Notes under the pieces: model-generated
The model's input: the letters and a program-made list of their open reading frames with translations, nothing else
What the model was told of the DNA's origin: nothing
The model's database searches: none
NCBI GenBank assembly: GCA_030295235.1
Contig: AP026123.1
Span: forward strand, 1,364,001 to 1,428,000
Length of the DNA stretch: 64,000 nucleotides
Reading direction: 5' to 3'
From: Fistulifera solaris
Taxonomy: Eukaryota
Made by a program: the position numbers and the translations under genes
Part shown: piece by piece, positions 10,549 through 23,531 of the stretch
Layout: every line of letters begins with the position of its first letter
Position numbering within the stretch: position 1 is the first letter of the stretch

Positions 10549-12066
10549 TTAGACTCTCTTCTTGTAACGAATGCGAGTATCTCCCTTTGGACCGACGACC
10601 ATGTCATCGTAACCGCATTCCGGAAGCTTGTCGGCAACTTGCTCGATTTCATATTCGCGGAAAATAATGGAGAGAATTGTCTTGACTTGCATCAATCCAA
10701 AATTCTGGCCCATGCAAGAGTGCAATCCACCGCCGAATCCTAGATAGGAATAAGGAATTTTCTTGTGTTCTTCCCGAGGTTCTGCAAAGCGATCAGGGTC
10801 GAATTCATCCGGATTGGTAAAGGTTGACTTCAATCTCATGCTGACGGTGGGGCTCACACAAACAAAGTCATTCTTTGGAATGGTGTACTCCTTGCCTTGA
10901 ACCTTAATGTTGACGTCACATTCGGCGCGGCGCAGCAGCATGATGAATGTCGGACACAAACGCAGCGCTTCGCGAGTGCTGTTGTTCAAAAACTCCATGT
11001 TTTGAACATCATCAAACTCCAACTTTTTGTTCTTCCAATCCGCTCCGAGCACTTTCTTTTGTTCTTCTAAAACGCGGCCCACTAGTTCCGGTTTGTTGGC
11101 GAGCAAGAGAGTCGTCCATGTACTGGTAATGCAAGACGTATGTTGTCCAGCAAACAAAAGAGCAATCAGCATGCCCGTCACTTCCTCATCCGTGATAGGT
11201 GTACCGTCTTTGTATTTGATCTCCATAAACAGACTCAAGATATCCGTACCATCACTACGCTCCGGAAATTCTCGACGTTCCGCAATCACTTTACTGAAGA
11301 GGCGGACCATTTCGAGGCGGGCCGCGTCACGCTTCTTATGGGCGGCAGTCGGTGCCGTGGACCAAAAAACCGTCAATGGTGTAAGACCGTGATCGAGATC
11401 ATGGTACAATTCTTGTACATCTTTGAAGATGTGCGTACGAACATCCTCTCCGTGCAAACACCGAGACGCCGTGAGAATGGTCAATTCACTGAGAGCCGTC
11501 AACAAATCCACTTCCCCCGAATCTTTATTCCAGTACGTTTTCAAATATTGACGCGTCTCTTCTTCAATTTTCGGCACGTAACTCTTGAGTCGACTCGCAC
11601 GAAGCCCATTCGCCATGGTTTGAAACTGCACTTGACGATTCTTCTTGGACGCATCGTACACAATGTTGGGGCCAAAGACGGGTCGCATAAAGTCGTAGAC
11701 TTCTTGCTGCGACAAAACATCGTCCGATGCTTTGAAAAAGACTTCTTGCGCTTCCGGGCCGATTAAATACGTTAAACGGCGGTGACAAATCTATGAGGGG
11801 CAAATTGAGTAATGCGCAAGAAGGAAATTGTTTGATATAAAATAATGAAAAAATCTCACCGGAATAGTGAATACGGGACCATAGGCTTCATAACAACGCT
11901 TAATCATTGTGTTGGGTGATTTGAAGAACTCGGCCAGAACTCCAATGATAGGGAAAGGAACGACGGGAGAATGAACAACGGTAGGTGGGGCGTTCTTTCC
12001 TCCGCGACGAGGTCGCAAAAGAAGAAACCAGACGGAGAAGAGAACTAAGGCGATAATAGCTAGCAT
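10549..12066 (-). CDS. CYP51: Sterol 14-alpha-demethylase (cytochrome P450 51)
   Basis: N-terminal TM anchor; intron 11791-11859; PVFGPNIVYD; LLFAGQHTS; EALR; heme motif FGGGLHSCMG. Confidence 0.95.
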
Positions 12067-12507
12067 CCTGCAAATTTACGGAAATGAAAATGATCGCTTG
12101 TATCTATTATCAACTACAAGAACCGGCTGTTGGTTCTTGTAGGATGCAAGGTGGCTGTTGAGACGAATGACAAAAACGTACAAAGTGGTGGGAGAAAAAG
12201 GACGGCCAAGTAATTCATTATGGCGATGCCGGCGTTGCTTCGCCTTCGCATTCCGTCGCACTGTTCGCATTTTCTGCATCCAATTTAACCGCTCTTATTT
12301 GCAACGGAAACTTTACTGTAGAATACTATTGCGCGAGGCGCACCTTGAAAAAAACCTTGGCAGCTAGCGGGAGTGAATCTTTGTTGCCGCTTCTAACCTT
12401 ACGAATGAATAAAACCTTATCAAATAAATAGAGAACACAAGTAAAAATTGCCAGATTGTTAGTAAGGTAACACATACTTTGTACTATATGCGTCCCATGA
12501 TAGTGTT

Positions 12508-13482
12508 TTACTTGGTTTGTGCCAACACCGCACCAATGCGACGTCGAATATCCTCTTGATCACCCAAATAGCGGCCTTTCAAAGGTGCAATGGCATCCGG
12601 GTGGGGAATGGGCTTGAGTGTCACTTCATCGAGTTCGTACACGAGAGGCACTCCGGTTGGAATATTCAATTCCGTAATATCGTCCGAGCTAATATCATCC
12701 AAGTGCTTTACCAAAGCGCGAAGCGTATTTCCGTGAGCAGCAATTAAGATTTTCTTTCCCGATTTGATTTCCGGAAGAATCACATTTTCCCAGTCGGACA
12801 TGAAACGCTCCTCTGTAAGTTTGAGAGATTCGGCCTTGGGCAACTCGGATTTGGGCACGTTTTTGTACATCGGGTCGTTGCCGGGAAAGTACTCGGAGGA
12901 TTCATCGACGGGCGGAGGAGGGATGTCGTACGATCGTCGCCAGACCAAGACTTGATCCTTTCCGTGTTTGTCGACCGTTTCTTGCTTGTTTAACCCCTGA
13001 AGCGCACCGTAATGACGTTCATTCAACTTCCACAAGTTCACAATCGGAATGTACATGAGATCCAGCTCTTCCAGAATCAACCAAAGAGTTTTAATCGCTC
13101 GTTTCAAAGTAGAAGTGTACGCTTTATCAAATGTAAATCCTTCTTCGCGGAGGATCTTGCCACCGGACGTGGCTTCTTGGATACCTTTTTCATTGAGGGG
13201 GCAGTCCACCCACCCAGTGAAACGGTTCTCCTGATTCCACGTACTTTCTCCGTGACGAACAAGTACCAATGTGTGTGCCATGGAAAGTGCCGTCGAAGGC
13301 GACTTGTTTCTATAGCAAGTATGCGAAACAAAAACGCGTCAGAGGGCGGCGTCGTAATTGTATCGGAGCAACATCGACGCGGTATCTTACCTTGCAAAGT
13401 TTCCATGGAATCCATTTGCCGTGAACGCAGAACACGAAGCGAAGCTCGCGACGAGAACGAAGATCGATCTGAACATAACCAT
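12508..13482 (-). CDS. PGAM: Cofactor-dependent phosphoglycerate mutase, plastid-targeted
   Basis: [22 protein letters not shown]. Upstream exon [21 protein letters not shown] (ASAF-like cleavage motif) splices via intron 13310-13390. Confidence 0.93.
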
Positions 13483-13644
13483 TTTTGAAACGAATTTAAA
13501 TGAATGCTAGGGTATAGGACGAAGACCGATAGTGATGTCTGTAATGTGAGAAAGATTTGTCGACGAATTTACGAGCGACGTTTGCGTCGTTTCAAGAGAA
13601 ACGCATACGTCGACAGACGGCCGACGGCAGGACGAAAACACCGT

Positions 13645-14830
13645 TTTCAGAATATCAGGAAGACGTACAGAATTTCTGTACGATTCAAAACACATGGTCC
13701 CGAATATCTGGAATGTCGACCATTGACCCAAAAACACCGATAATCCAGAATTTCTGGAAACTCCACAGATTTCCTGTATGACCCAAACACCAATGCTTCA
13801 TTCCAGGATTTCTGGAACGTGCACACGATCTCTGTGCGACGCAAAGCACCTATTCCGGAATATCTGGAAGCCGCACAGAACTTCTGTACGATTCAAAACA
13901 CATGGTCCAGAATTTCTGGACCATCCACAGAATTTCTGTGTGACCCAAATATTTATTCCAGAATTTCTGGAAAATGCACAAAATCATTGTCTGACGCAAA
14001 ACTCCTAATCCGGAATTTCTGGAACGTGCACACGATCTCTGTGCGACGCAAAGCACCTATTCCGGAATATCTGGAAGCCGCACAGAACTTCTGTACGATT
14101 CAAAACACATGGTCCAGAATTTCTGGACCATCCACAGAATTTCTGTGTGACCCAAATATCTATTCCAGAATTTCTGGAAACTCCCCAGATTTCCTGTATG
14201 ACCCAAACACCAATGCTTCATTCCAGGATTTCTGGAACGTGCACACGATCTCTGTGCGACGCAAAGCACCTATTCCGGATTATCTGGAAGCCGCACAGAA
14301 CTTCTGTACTGGTACGATTCAAAACACATGGTCCAGAATTTCTGGACCATCCACAGAATTTCTGTGTGACCCAAATATTTATTCCAGAATTTCTGGAAAA
14401 TGCACAAAATCATTGTCTGACGCAAAACTCCTAATCAGGAATTTCTGGAACGTGCACACGATCTCTGTGCGACGCAAAGCACCTATTCCGGAATATCTGG
14501 AAGCCGCACAGAACTTCTGTACGATTCAAAACACATGGTCCAGAATTTCTGGACCATCCACAGAATTTCTGTGTGACCCAAATATTTATTCCAGAATTTC
14601 TGGAAAATGCACAAAATCATTGTCTGACGCAAAACTCCTAATCCGGAATTTCTGGAACGTGCACACGATCTCTGTGCGACGCAAAGCACCTATTCCGGAA
14701 TATCTGGAAGCCGCACAGAACTTCTGTACGATTCAAAACACATGGTCCAGAATTTCTGGACCATCCACAGAATTTCTGTGTGACCCAAATATTTATTCCA
14801 GAATTTCTGGCAAATGCACAAAATCATTGC
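13645..14830. repeat. Higher-order tandem repeat: ~52-bp double-palindrome monomers in 207/213-bp tetramers
   Basis: Monomer TTCCAGAATTTCTGGAA-nnn-SCACAGAATTTCTGTG-YGACNCAAA-n. Order from 13743: E,A,B,C,D,A,B,C,E,A,B(+6),C,D,A,B,C,D,A,B,C,D(partial). Confidence 0.95.
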
Positions 14831-15012
14831 ACAAAACACCGATGATGATTTTTTTCGGTACAACGGAAACTATACCTGAACACAAACTTCAATTCCAGCA
14901 ATCTAAGCAACTACGATCTCAATAGCTGTCGAAACCTTGTTACAGTGCTCGCTGTAACGTATTCTACGATTTGCAAAGCGGAGGCGGTCCTTCTTCCATC
15001 CAGTTCTTGAAA

Positions 15013-15821
15013 ATGCCAGTCTTATCCTCCTTGCCGCAACACATTCACGACGAATTTCACTCCATCCTTTCGGCTCTCGTTGCGGGCGCTCGATACGGCA
15101 CCAAAATCCGTTTACCACATGCGTTTCTCATGACCTTTTTGTTTCGGAGGAACATGTCGGCGCGAGAAAAGATAAAAATCGTTTTGCAATTGGTGTTCGA
15201 ACATGCCTCCAACCTCGCGCTCTTTGCGACCGTGTACAAATCCATTCTGTCGGGGCTGAAAGTAACATCTCGGTATCTGAGGAGGTCGAGCGGTAACGAT
15301 CATGGAATTCTTTTGAATTTGGGACGGACTGTCTTATCGAGGATCGGTGAGTATAGTCATTGCGTTTGAATGCCATTGTTGTGTGACATTCGCAGCGAAC
15401 TAATACCGTACACGGGACATTGCTTTTAGTCACTAAGCCTTTGCCAGGTGAAGATCGGATATTGCACGTACCGCCGGGCCACGCCGAACACGCCCATCAT
15501 GCATTGATCGCTGGGGCTGTCGGCGGGTATTTCGTGTGGGGTCGATACTCGTCCGTGAATTACCAAGTGGTGCTTTACTTGACCAGTCGAGTCTTGGTAG
15601 GTTTGTGGAAGAAGTACGGAATCAACAATTCGCATCCTCGGATATATTCGTTCGCCGCCGCGGTCGTTTGGGGGGCGGTAATGATGTTGTTCGAGGAAAG
15701 TCCGGACGTGCTGCATCCATCGTTGAAGAGCAGTATGGATGAAATTTATCGAACCAAACTTTCAACCTTTCAATACAGCAACAAGGATATGAGAACGATT
15801 AATAGCTGTACAATAATGTAG
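15013..15821 (+). CDS. PXMP4: Peroxisomal membrane protein 4 (Tim17 family)
   Basis: GARYGTKIRLPHAFLMTFLF; EHASNLALFATVYK; intron 15347-15429; SSVNYQVVLYLTSRV; L..SLKSSM. Confidence 0.88.
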
Positions 15822-15908
15822 AATGATTTGATAGAGTCTATGATGAAGCCTTCGATCTAAAGCAAGTTTGAATTTGTACAAAATTGTTCGCTATCCGTCA
15901 AACTATCT

Positions 15909-16498
15909 TTATTCCTGACTTGTGGATAACTCACTTTCCAGCTGAGCAATCGCACTCTTCAAATTTTGTTGCTTCGCCACCAGTTCTTGATATTGAATCT
16001 CCAGTACTTTGAGTTGCTGCCCACTCTTCGTTTGACTCTGTTGTCGCCTTTGATTGATGTCTTGCACTTTTTTCTGCTGCTCGGCGAGTATATCTTTTGT
16101 GCCTGCACAAGTTTCCCTAATTTTTCATTGTGAAGTTTCCATTTGTTCCCCGCCATTGGATCTTTATCGACCTCTAAACAAATGGACCTTATGCGCTCCG
16201 CTTCGTAGGCAATACGAGCGCGCTTGACGGCTTCTTTCCATTCCTCGAGGGACGCCTTGGAGGAAGGACGTTTCACCGAGGGCGCTATGAACGTTTCTGT
16301 CTTACCAGCGACACGTTTTTCCCATTCCTTCTGCATCATGGGTGTTCGACACGTGAGCTTGGGGACGTGTTCGCCTCGAGGCGCGGCCATGCGCTGCATT
16401 TCCTCCTCGATCAGTGACAGCGCGTATTGTTCATACTGTTGATTCAGTTCATCCACATACGGCAGGGAGTCTATGAGCGAAGACTGGATTTTTGACAT
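15909..16498 (-). CDS. SPF27: Pre-mRNA splicing factor SPF27/BCAS2
   Basis: IDSLPYVD...LIEEEM. After a frameshift (~16090) it continues DINQRRQQSQ...LKVLE..YQELV. Confidence 0.85.
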
Positions 16499-16890
16499 GG
16501 TATGAAGGATGTATGATGTATTCGATGATAATGGGCGGTCTCGACTCGACAACAGCGTCAACGCAAAAAAAAAACGCAAGCAAGATAAGCGCATAATACC
16601 AAATAATAAGAGTCCCAACAGTAAGGTTAGAAATAGCTTGGTACCGGTACGGTACCGCTTTCCTCCCAAGTACCGAGTGTACTTTGTAGTCGCACTCAAC
16701 TCGAAAGTCGCACCGAATATCGTCCGCCCTTCGTACCGCCATGTCACAGGAAAGGACGACAGACGGACGCAAAATCGAACTTCGACCTCCACAACTCTGA
16801 AAAACCTTGACGACTTGAAACCTTTCGAGACACCCAAAGACAACTAACTTGTCACTCTCTTACTCTCCTAAAGGCAACGTTGAAGAAAGC

Positions 16891-19800
16891 ATGAACAAAC
16901 TCTCTCCGATCTACACCGCTCTGGAAAGCGGCGCCTACAACAAGGCCATCAAACTCTGTCTCGCCCAACCTTCCAATGTTCTCCTCGTCAAAGCTTTGTT
17001 GGCACATGCTTACGGGAAGGCAGGGCAACGATACAAAGCTCTTCTAGTAGTTCAGGAAATACTTGGTCAGCAGCATTGCAAGGATTATTTTCCAGAACTT
17101 CGATTAGAATTGAAATACTCCATAGAGAGTCTTTCGGAAACGACAGCAACCATTACTCCTGCTCCTGTAGCTACCGCCAAAAAAGCAGGAAAGAAAGGTA
17201 AGAAGAAGGGAGGCATCGCACCGCCTATCGGAGAAAACTCGCAGACGGAGGCAACGGACGACAGTTGGGATCTCATTGATCGATTGGATGTGCCACCTCA
17301 ACTGCCGGAATCGTGGGATCAGGTGCCGCCGCCCGCCGGTGCACCGATCGATGAAACGTTGCTTTCGACCTTGTCCATGACCATGGTATCGGTATTGAGA
17401 CTTCCATTGACTTGTTATCAAATGTATTGTTGGGCTGCATCCAAAGCGGAAAACGATGAATTTACAGTACGGAAAGCTTATCTTTCTGGCTTTGCGGTGT
17501 TAGTGGCCCCTCAGTATCAGCACATTGCCGGGGCCATTCTAGCCAACATGCAAGTACTGGCACTGCAGCTGGCCCGCGTTCAACAACAAGCGTTCGGCAT
17601 AAGTCCGGCGACTGCGTGGGCGGCGCAAACGGCACTTTGGCAATTGCAGCTCGAGTCGCAGGATCCACACAAGATGGTCCTGTTGCCTCGCTTGGCCGAG
17701 TCATTGGCCAGCAAAGCGGTGTATCAGCAACCGTTCAAAGACCCGTTGACGGCAACGGAAAACTTTTTGCTGTACATACGTACTCTGGACTATCAAAACA
17801 AGTGGGAGGAAAAGTTGAAAGCCTTGCAAGATAAGTTAGATGAGGCGGCCGATCAAATGGTGCCGCCGCGACAAACGGTACTCGATATGAAAGCGGATAC
17901 ATTGTTGAAACTGAAACGTTTCAGCGAAGCTCGGGAGGTAATAGAAGAGCTGCTGAGCGAGTATCCCGATGATTGGAGGTTCTGGAAGATACATTTAGAG
18001 TGCGTCTTGGGGGAATCAGATGGAGCGGATGTGAGTGCGACAGAAAAGTTCGTCGAGACCATTCTCGAAAAGAATAGGGACAATAAGTATCCCCTTCGTG
18101 GCCCTCGCTTGATGCGCCTTGATTTAGTCGAGCAACGGAATAAACTGGAGAATATCAGCGAGGATGAAGCACGCCAAGCAATGTTGAATGCGATCAAGGC
18201 GTACGGCGATGAAATCGGAGGTAGCTGCACATGCGTGTATGCAGACCTCGCTCCTTACCTGGACACGGTTCTCAAAGGTTCTGACATTGAGTTTGGGAAG
18301 TCATTGGTGGAATGGGCAAAAGAAAAACAAGTTTCTCCTTTCAATGATGATCCGAAGACATCTCGAGCACATCTTCGAAATTATCTCTTGGGAATGAATA
18401 TTTTACATCGAGTCGTGACTGAGCACAAAGGATTACTAAAAGTAGCACTTCCTCCTTGGCAGGATCTTGTTGAAGTCTGGAAAGTTCTCGAATCAACAGG
18501 CGAAAAAGACCAGGCGCAGAAGGAAAGCAGACCCGCCGACGACCTTATTCTTTTGGCTGTCCAACAACTACTCTATGATGATCCGGACAGGGAGAGACTA
18601 GTTACAGCCGCATGTCTTCTTGAATCAGCAATACATTGGTCGCCATACAATGCCTATTTGAAGATTTCTGCAATTTTAGTGTACGGCGCATTAAATTCGG
18701 TATCACGGGCGTGGGAGCTTGCAAAGGGTCTTCAAATAAAACACATTCAGCATGAATCTTGCGTATTCTTTCTTTTACCGCTTTTGCACGCCGGTGGCCT
18801 TTACCGGGAAATGTTATTTATCTGTCAGGAGATACTTCGGCTTCAGCAAACTGCAATTCGCGACGCTAGTGATTTTGCTGCTCGGGCGATGGAAAATGGT
18901 TCGTACAGCAAAGCCGAAGAGTTTATAAACTTTCAGAAAAAGCGAATGAACATGTCCTTGACAACTTTGGAAGCAAAAGGCTATATTCTGGATAGCGCAG
19001 CTCTGTATGTACAGGACGACAGGCAAGATGCTCTTGGCGCCATTCAAGGGATAGTCGGTGGAGAATCTGATATCGAAAGAGCAAGTCAGATGGTAGCAGA
19101 AGCTCACAACCCACTAGGAGCCTTCAGTTTATTGAAATTCAGGGGTTCACTTGAACACATGTCGGTGATATACTCTGACAATCGTGACTTTTCGATTTTT
19201 TCGAATGAAATTTTGCTTAGGCGGACGTTTGCGTCTTCTGAGCAAATTGTGAATGATTGTATGCGTCGCGGACATCATCAACGGTTGCTCATCACTGCAG
19301 CTCTGTGTCTTGGAAGCAACAAAAGGTCCCAAAAAGGAAAGATATCAAAAAATACAATCGAGCAAGAGAAGTGTTGCAAGAGTCTTTTATCGACCATACA
19401 ATCGGCTTATGAGATTTCACTCGACCAACGGTACGGCTCTATGCTCAAGTCAATGCACGGGATGTGTTTTGCAATTTCGGCGTTTGGAGCTGGAATTCAT
19501 CCTGAGTCGTCACCTATTGAAGACACATTAGAAAGTAGAGAGGAGAAAAATCGTATCGTATCTGCTTGCTGCTGAAAAGGACTTGAAATATGTTGTTGAC
19601 ATCTTTTCATTTGCTTCAAATCAACTATCCGTTTCTGAGGTATGCCGGGTACTTCCTGATTTCGTTATTCCGATTTTCGCTTTCTTTCGCATGTGCCTCC
19701 GTGCTGCGGAGCTTTACGGGTGGGGTCCTCGAAAACATAAATCGAAACCCTGCGCCTCAGCCGTATTTTCTTTGTGTACTACAATTCGATTGCTGGTTCA

Positions 19801-20065
19801 GCAAATGAAGGATTGCATTTCAAGGTAAGATTGTTGTTTTTCTTTGAATCTTCTTGTGCGACCTAAACTTTACCCGGATTTTAGTTTGCCTGATACGACG
19901 CTGCACCTAGGTGAATTCGCGTCAAGTCCTCTTTCGACATCAGCAGACAGAAAGGTTTGCGAAGAAACTATAGAAAACATAATTAATGGACAGGAGAGCA
20001 CTCGCTCTCGTGTCTGTAAGGTTCTGGACGCTATGATTGAATCTTTGGAATCGCAATGTGCATGA
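16891..20065 (+). CDS. NAA25: NatB N-acetyltransferase auxiliary subunit
   Basis: LSPIYTALESGAYNKAIK; TPR-like body with PDDW; PADDLILLA..SPYNAYLK..LQIKHIQHES; intron 19825-19884; frameshifts near the 3' end. Confidence 0.85.
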
Positions 20066-20131
20066 TACTAACATTATTGGTTGATCCATGGATATTATCG
20101 ATGAGGAGTCCTATGTTTTGTGGATCCAAAC

Positions 20132-23100
20132 TTAAATAGCTCCTTTGAAACTAGCAACGCGATGCTGTTTGAGCTCTGTCCTACCTGAAGCTTTACGCTT
20201 CAATGCGGCCTGTGCAGAAGCCAATCTAGCAACTGGCACACGGAACGGAGAGCAAGACACGTAGTCCAACCCAACATCATCGAAGAACTCAATTGACGCG
20301 GCATCACCTCCATGCTCACCACAGACAGACAAGGAAAGTGATGGGTTGACAGAACGCCCTTTGCCGCAGAGAGACGAAGCAGCCATCCCACTCCATCGGC
20401 ATCAATCGTCTTAAATGGGTCCTTCTTGAAAATTCCAAGCTCATTGTATTTGGGTATGAATTCACCAGCGTCATCTCGCGAGATCCCAAGCGTCATCTGA
20501 GTCAAATCGTTGGTACCGAAGGAAAAGAACTTACAGAGGAAGTCGCCGGTTTCTGGGTCTTTGGTTGCAGCAATTTTTTCCGATTGCAATGCAGCGCTGG
20601 GTACTTCAATCATGGTTCCTATTTCATAGCGAAGGTTCTTATTCCTTTCCTTTTTAACCTTTTCAGCAGTGCTCTTTACCAACAAGGCCTGATGCTCAAA
20701 CTCACGAACATTTCCAACCAAGGGTATCATGATACGAGGGAACGGATTTGCACTTGGGTCAACGTCGATGATGTCAGCAGCTGCATTCATTATAGCTTCT
20801 ACCTGCATTGTTGTCAACTCGGGACGACAAATACCCAGACGACAGCCGCGCAAACCAAGCATAGGGTTTTCTTCATGCATTTTTTCTATATCGATCTTGA
20901 GCTGATGGACATCATCGTAACCAAGCTCTTTTGCCATACTTTCGCATACTGAAGTGAGCGGTGGAGTAAACTCATGCAACGGAGGATCCAGGAGGCGCAC
21001 GGTTACTGGCTTCCCACCCATGGCCCTGAAAATATCCCTGAAGTCCGAACGCTGAAATTCACATAGCTTTTCGATACCTACACCATGAAGAATCCAGGCC
21101 CGAACATGCGGTAGACGCGCATGATCGAAAAACATGTGTTCGGTGCGAGTTAATCCGATTCCCTTGGCACCGAGTTCAACCGCTTTGGCCGAGTCGGGTC
21201 CAGAATCGGCGTTTGTCATGACCTTGCAGGAATCCTCGATTTCGTCTGCCCAACTTAGCAGCGTGCCGAAATCGCCATCAACCGTTGGTGATTCGGTCGG
21301 GATGGCGCATCGTATTACTTCACCGGTAGAACCGTTGATTGAAATCAACTCGTTTGCCTTTAACACCTCTCCAGTGCTTTTAATAGTCATGATGTTATTT
21401 TGAGCGTCAATTTCTAAATCGCTGCATCCACAGACACAGGGCTTGCCCCAGCTGCGAGCCACCACGGCTGCGTTGTGCATAAAGAGAGCCGAAAAAGTGA
21501 GACAAGTATGAGTATCGATAGACTCAGAGCAACGACAATCACCGTACCTGCGTGACTGGTAACACCTCCACGAGAAGTGAGAATACCCTTGGAAGCCCAC
21601 ATACCACCGACGTCTTCTGGCGATGTATTTTCACGAACTAAAATTAGATCCTCAGAAGAACGTTCTTCGGCCTCTTCAGTGTGAAAGCATAACTTCCCCA
21701 CCGCAGCTCCAGGACCTCCTTGGAGACCAACTGCAATGATGTTGTCCTTATACTGCGGAGAATCGAGAACCTTTGCGGGAAGGTTGGGTGCAAAACTTGT
21801 TTGACGTGATCGGGCTCGACATTGAGGAGTGCCTCCTCGCGGCTGCAAATACCTTCTTTCACCAGATCGACTGCTATCTTGATAGCAGCATGGCCAGTTC
21901 GTTTACCAGATCGGCATTGAAGCATCCATAGTTTTCCTTCCTGTACGGTGAACTCGACATCCTGCATGTCCTTGAAATGTCTGCAAAAAGGTACAGATTA
22001 TAATTTAGTAAAGTCGCAAATGTTATTCGTTCGATCGCAGACCGACCACTTACCTCTCCAGGGCGTTCACATTTTGAATGAATTCCTTGTAAGCTTCTGG
22101 AAGATTCTTTTCCATGGTGGAAATGGGTTCGGGCGTCCGAATACCGGCCACGACATCCTCTCCTTGCGCGTTGATCAGATATTCGCCCTTCAGCTTGGCC
22201 TCCCCTGTTCCAGGATCGCGGCTAAAGGCAACTCCCGTTCCCGAAGTTTCTCCAAGATTTCCAAACACCATGGTCTGAACATTTGTGGCTGTTCCAAGCA
22301 GTGAGGTAATGTTGTTCAATTTGCGATATTTGATGGCACGACTCGAATTCCAAGATCCAAATACGGCCCGCACACACTTTTGAATTTGCTCGAAGGGATC
22401 TTGCGGAAATTCCAAGCCCTTGTCTTCGTACACCTTATAGTATGCTTGACACAGCTCCATCAAATGGTCGGCATTCAACTCGAGATCCGTCTGGGCGTCA
22501 TATTTCTTCTTCAGAGCCGCATGCTTTTCTTCAAAGTCCTCGTGAGGAATTCCCAAGACGACATCGCCAAACATGTCGAGGAGACGACGAAATGAATCGT
22601 AAGCGAATCGAGGGTTCCCCGTCGCCGAGGCGAGACCTTTGACAGTTTCATCATTCAATCCACTGTACGTGACGAAGTCAGACCTTTGAGATTCGATTTC
22701 TTCCATCAAACAATACGAAAGGAACAACTTACATGTTGAGAACAGTATCCATCATACCGGGCATGCTCTTGGCGGCACCACTACGGCACGATAATAACAA
22801 TGGATTCGTGGCATCGCCAAACTTCTTGCCCATGTCATTCTCCAAGCGAGCAATCGCCTTCTTGACTTCCTCCCACAGTTCGGTTGGTAGATCATTCGTT
22901 TGTTGGTATATCTGACAAAGGGGAGTTGTCAAAGTAAATCCCGGCGGCACGGCAATGCCGATCGACCCCATCTCTTGTAGTCCAAGTCCTTTTCCGCCCA
23001 GTATGTGTCGGTTGGGGTTCTGGATGGGTACAGCGGATCCACCAAAGGGCACCACGGCCTCAATGAGGCCATCTTTGGCGCATTCCATCACCATCGGATC

Positions 23101-23139
23101 AAGGCCGGGGCGATTGGCGTCCATCATAACGGTAGTCAT
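20132..23139 (-). CDS. PPDK: Pyruvate, phosphate dikinase
   Basis: [66 protein letters not shown]. Introns 22663-22732, 21981-22053 and 21468-21547; two frameshifts. Confidence 0.97.
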
Positions 23140-23531
23140 GGTTGAATTCGTTTTTGTTGATTGAATAGTTGTATAATACTCCGTTTTTCAGTTTTATGGA
23201 AAGAACTGGATGTGCGCTCGTCGCGTTGGATGAATTCAGGTTGGAGTTCGCATAGTTTGACACCTTCGGTAGGCAGTTGCGAACCCCGCAACCCGAACCT
23301 CTGCTGTTTCATCATTGGACCGTTCGAGTTGAAACAAACACTCTGTCTTCTGTTTCAGCCGGCTTTTCCTAATGATCAACCGCTCAACCGCATACTTTCA
23401 TTCTTTTTCTTTATTATTTTAAAAACTAGACCCTAGCAAAAGGTAAAGAGCAATAACAGGAAACAGGAAATAAATACCTGGTACAATTAATGTGAAAAGA
23501 ACCTACACTTTGGGTCTATAGTACATACGGA

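Noticed and set aside
13760..13790. Similarity of the satellite monomer (CAGAATTTCTGTGTGA) to the reverse element head (CTGGATTTCTGTCATGA)
   Set aside because: The match is short and gapped, too weak to claim a common origin.
13743..14830. CRISPR-like look: palindromic 17-bp repeats separated by ~35-bp intervals
   Set aside because: The intervals are homologous to each other and recur in a fixed order, there are no cas genes, and the context is eukaryotic. It is a satellite.
16499..16843. N-terminal extension of the SPF27 ORF in the ORF track
   Set aside because: Non-ATG start crossing the divergent promoter; homology begins at MSKIQ (16498).
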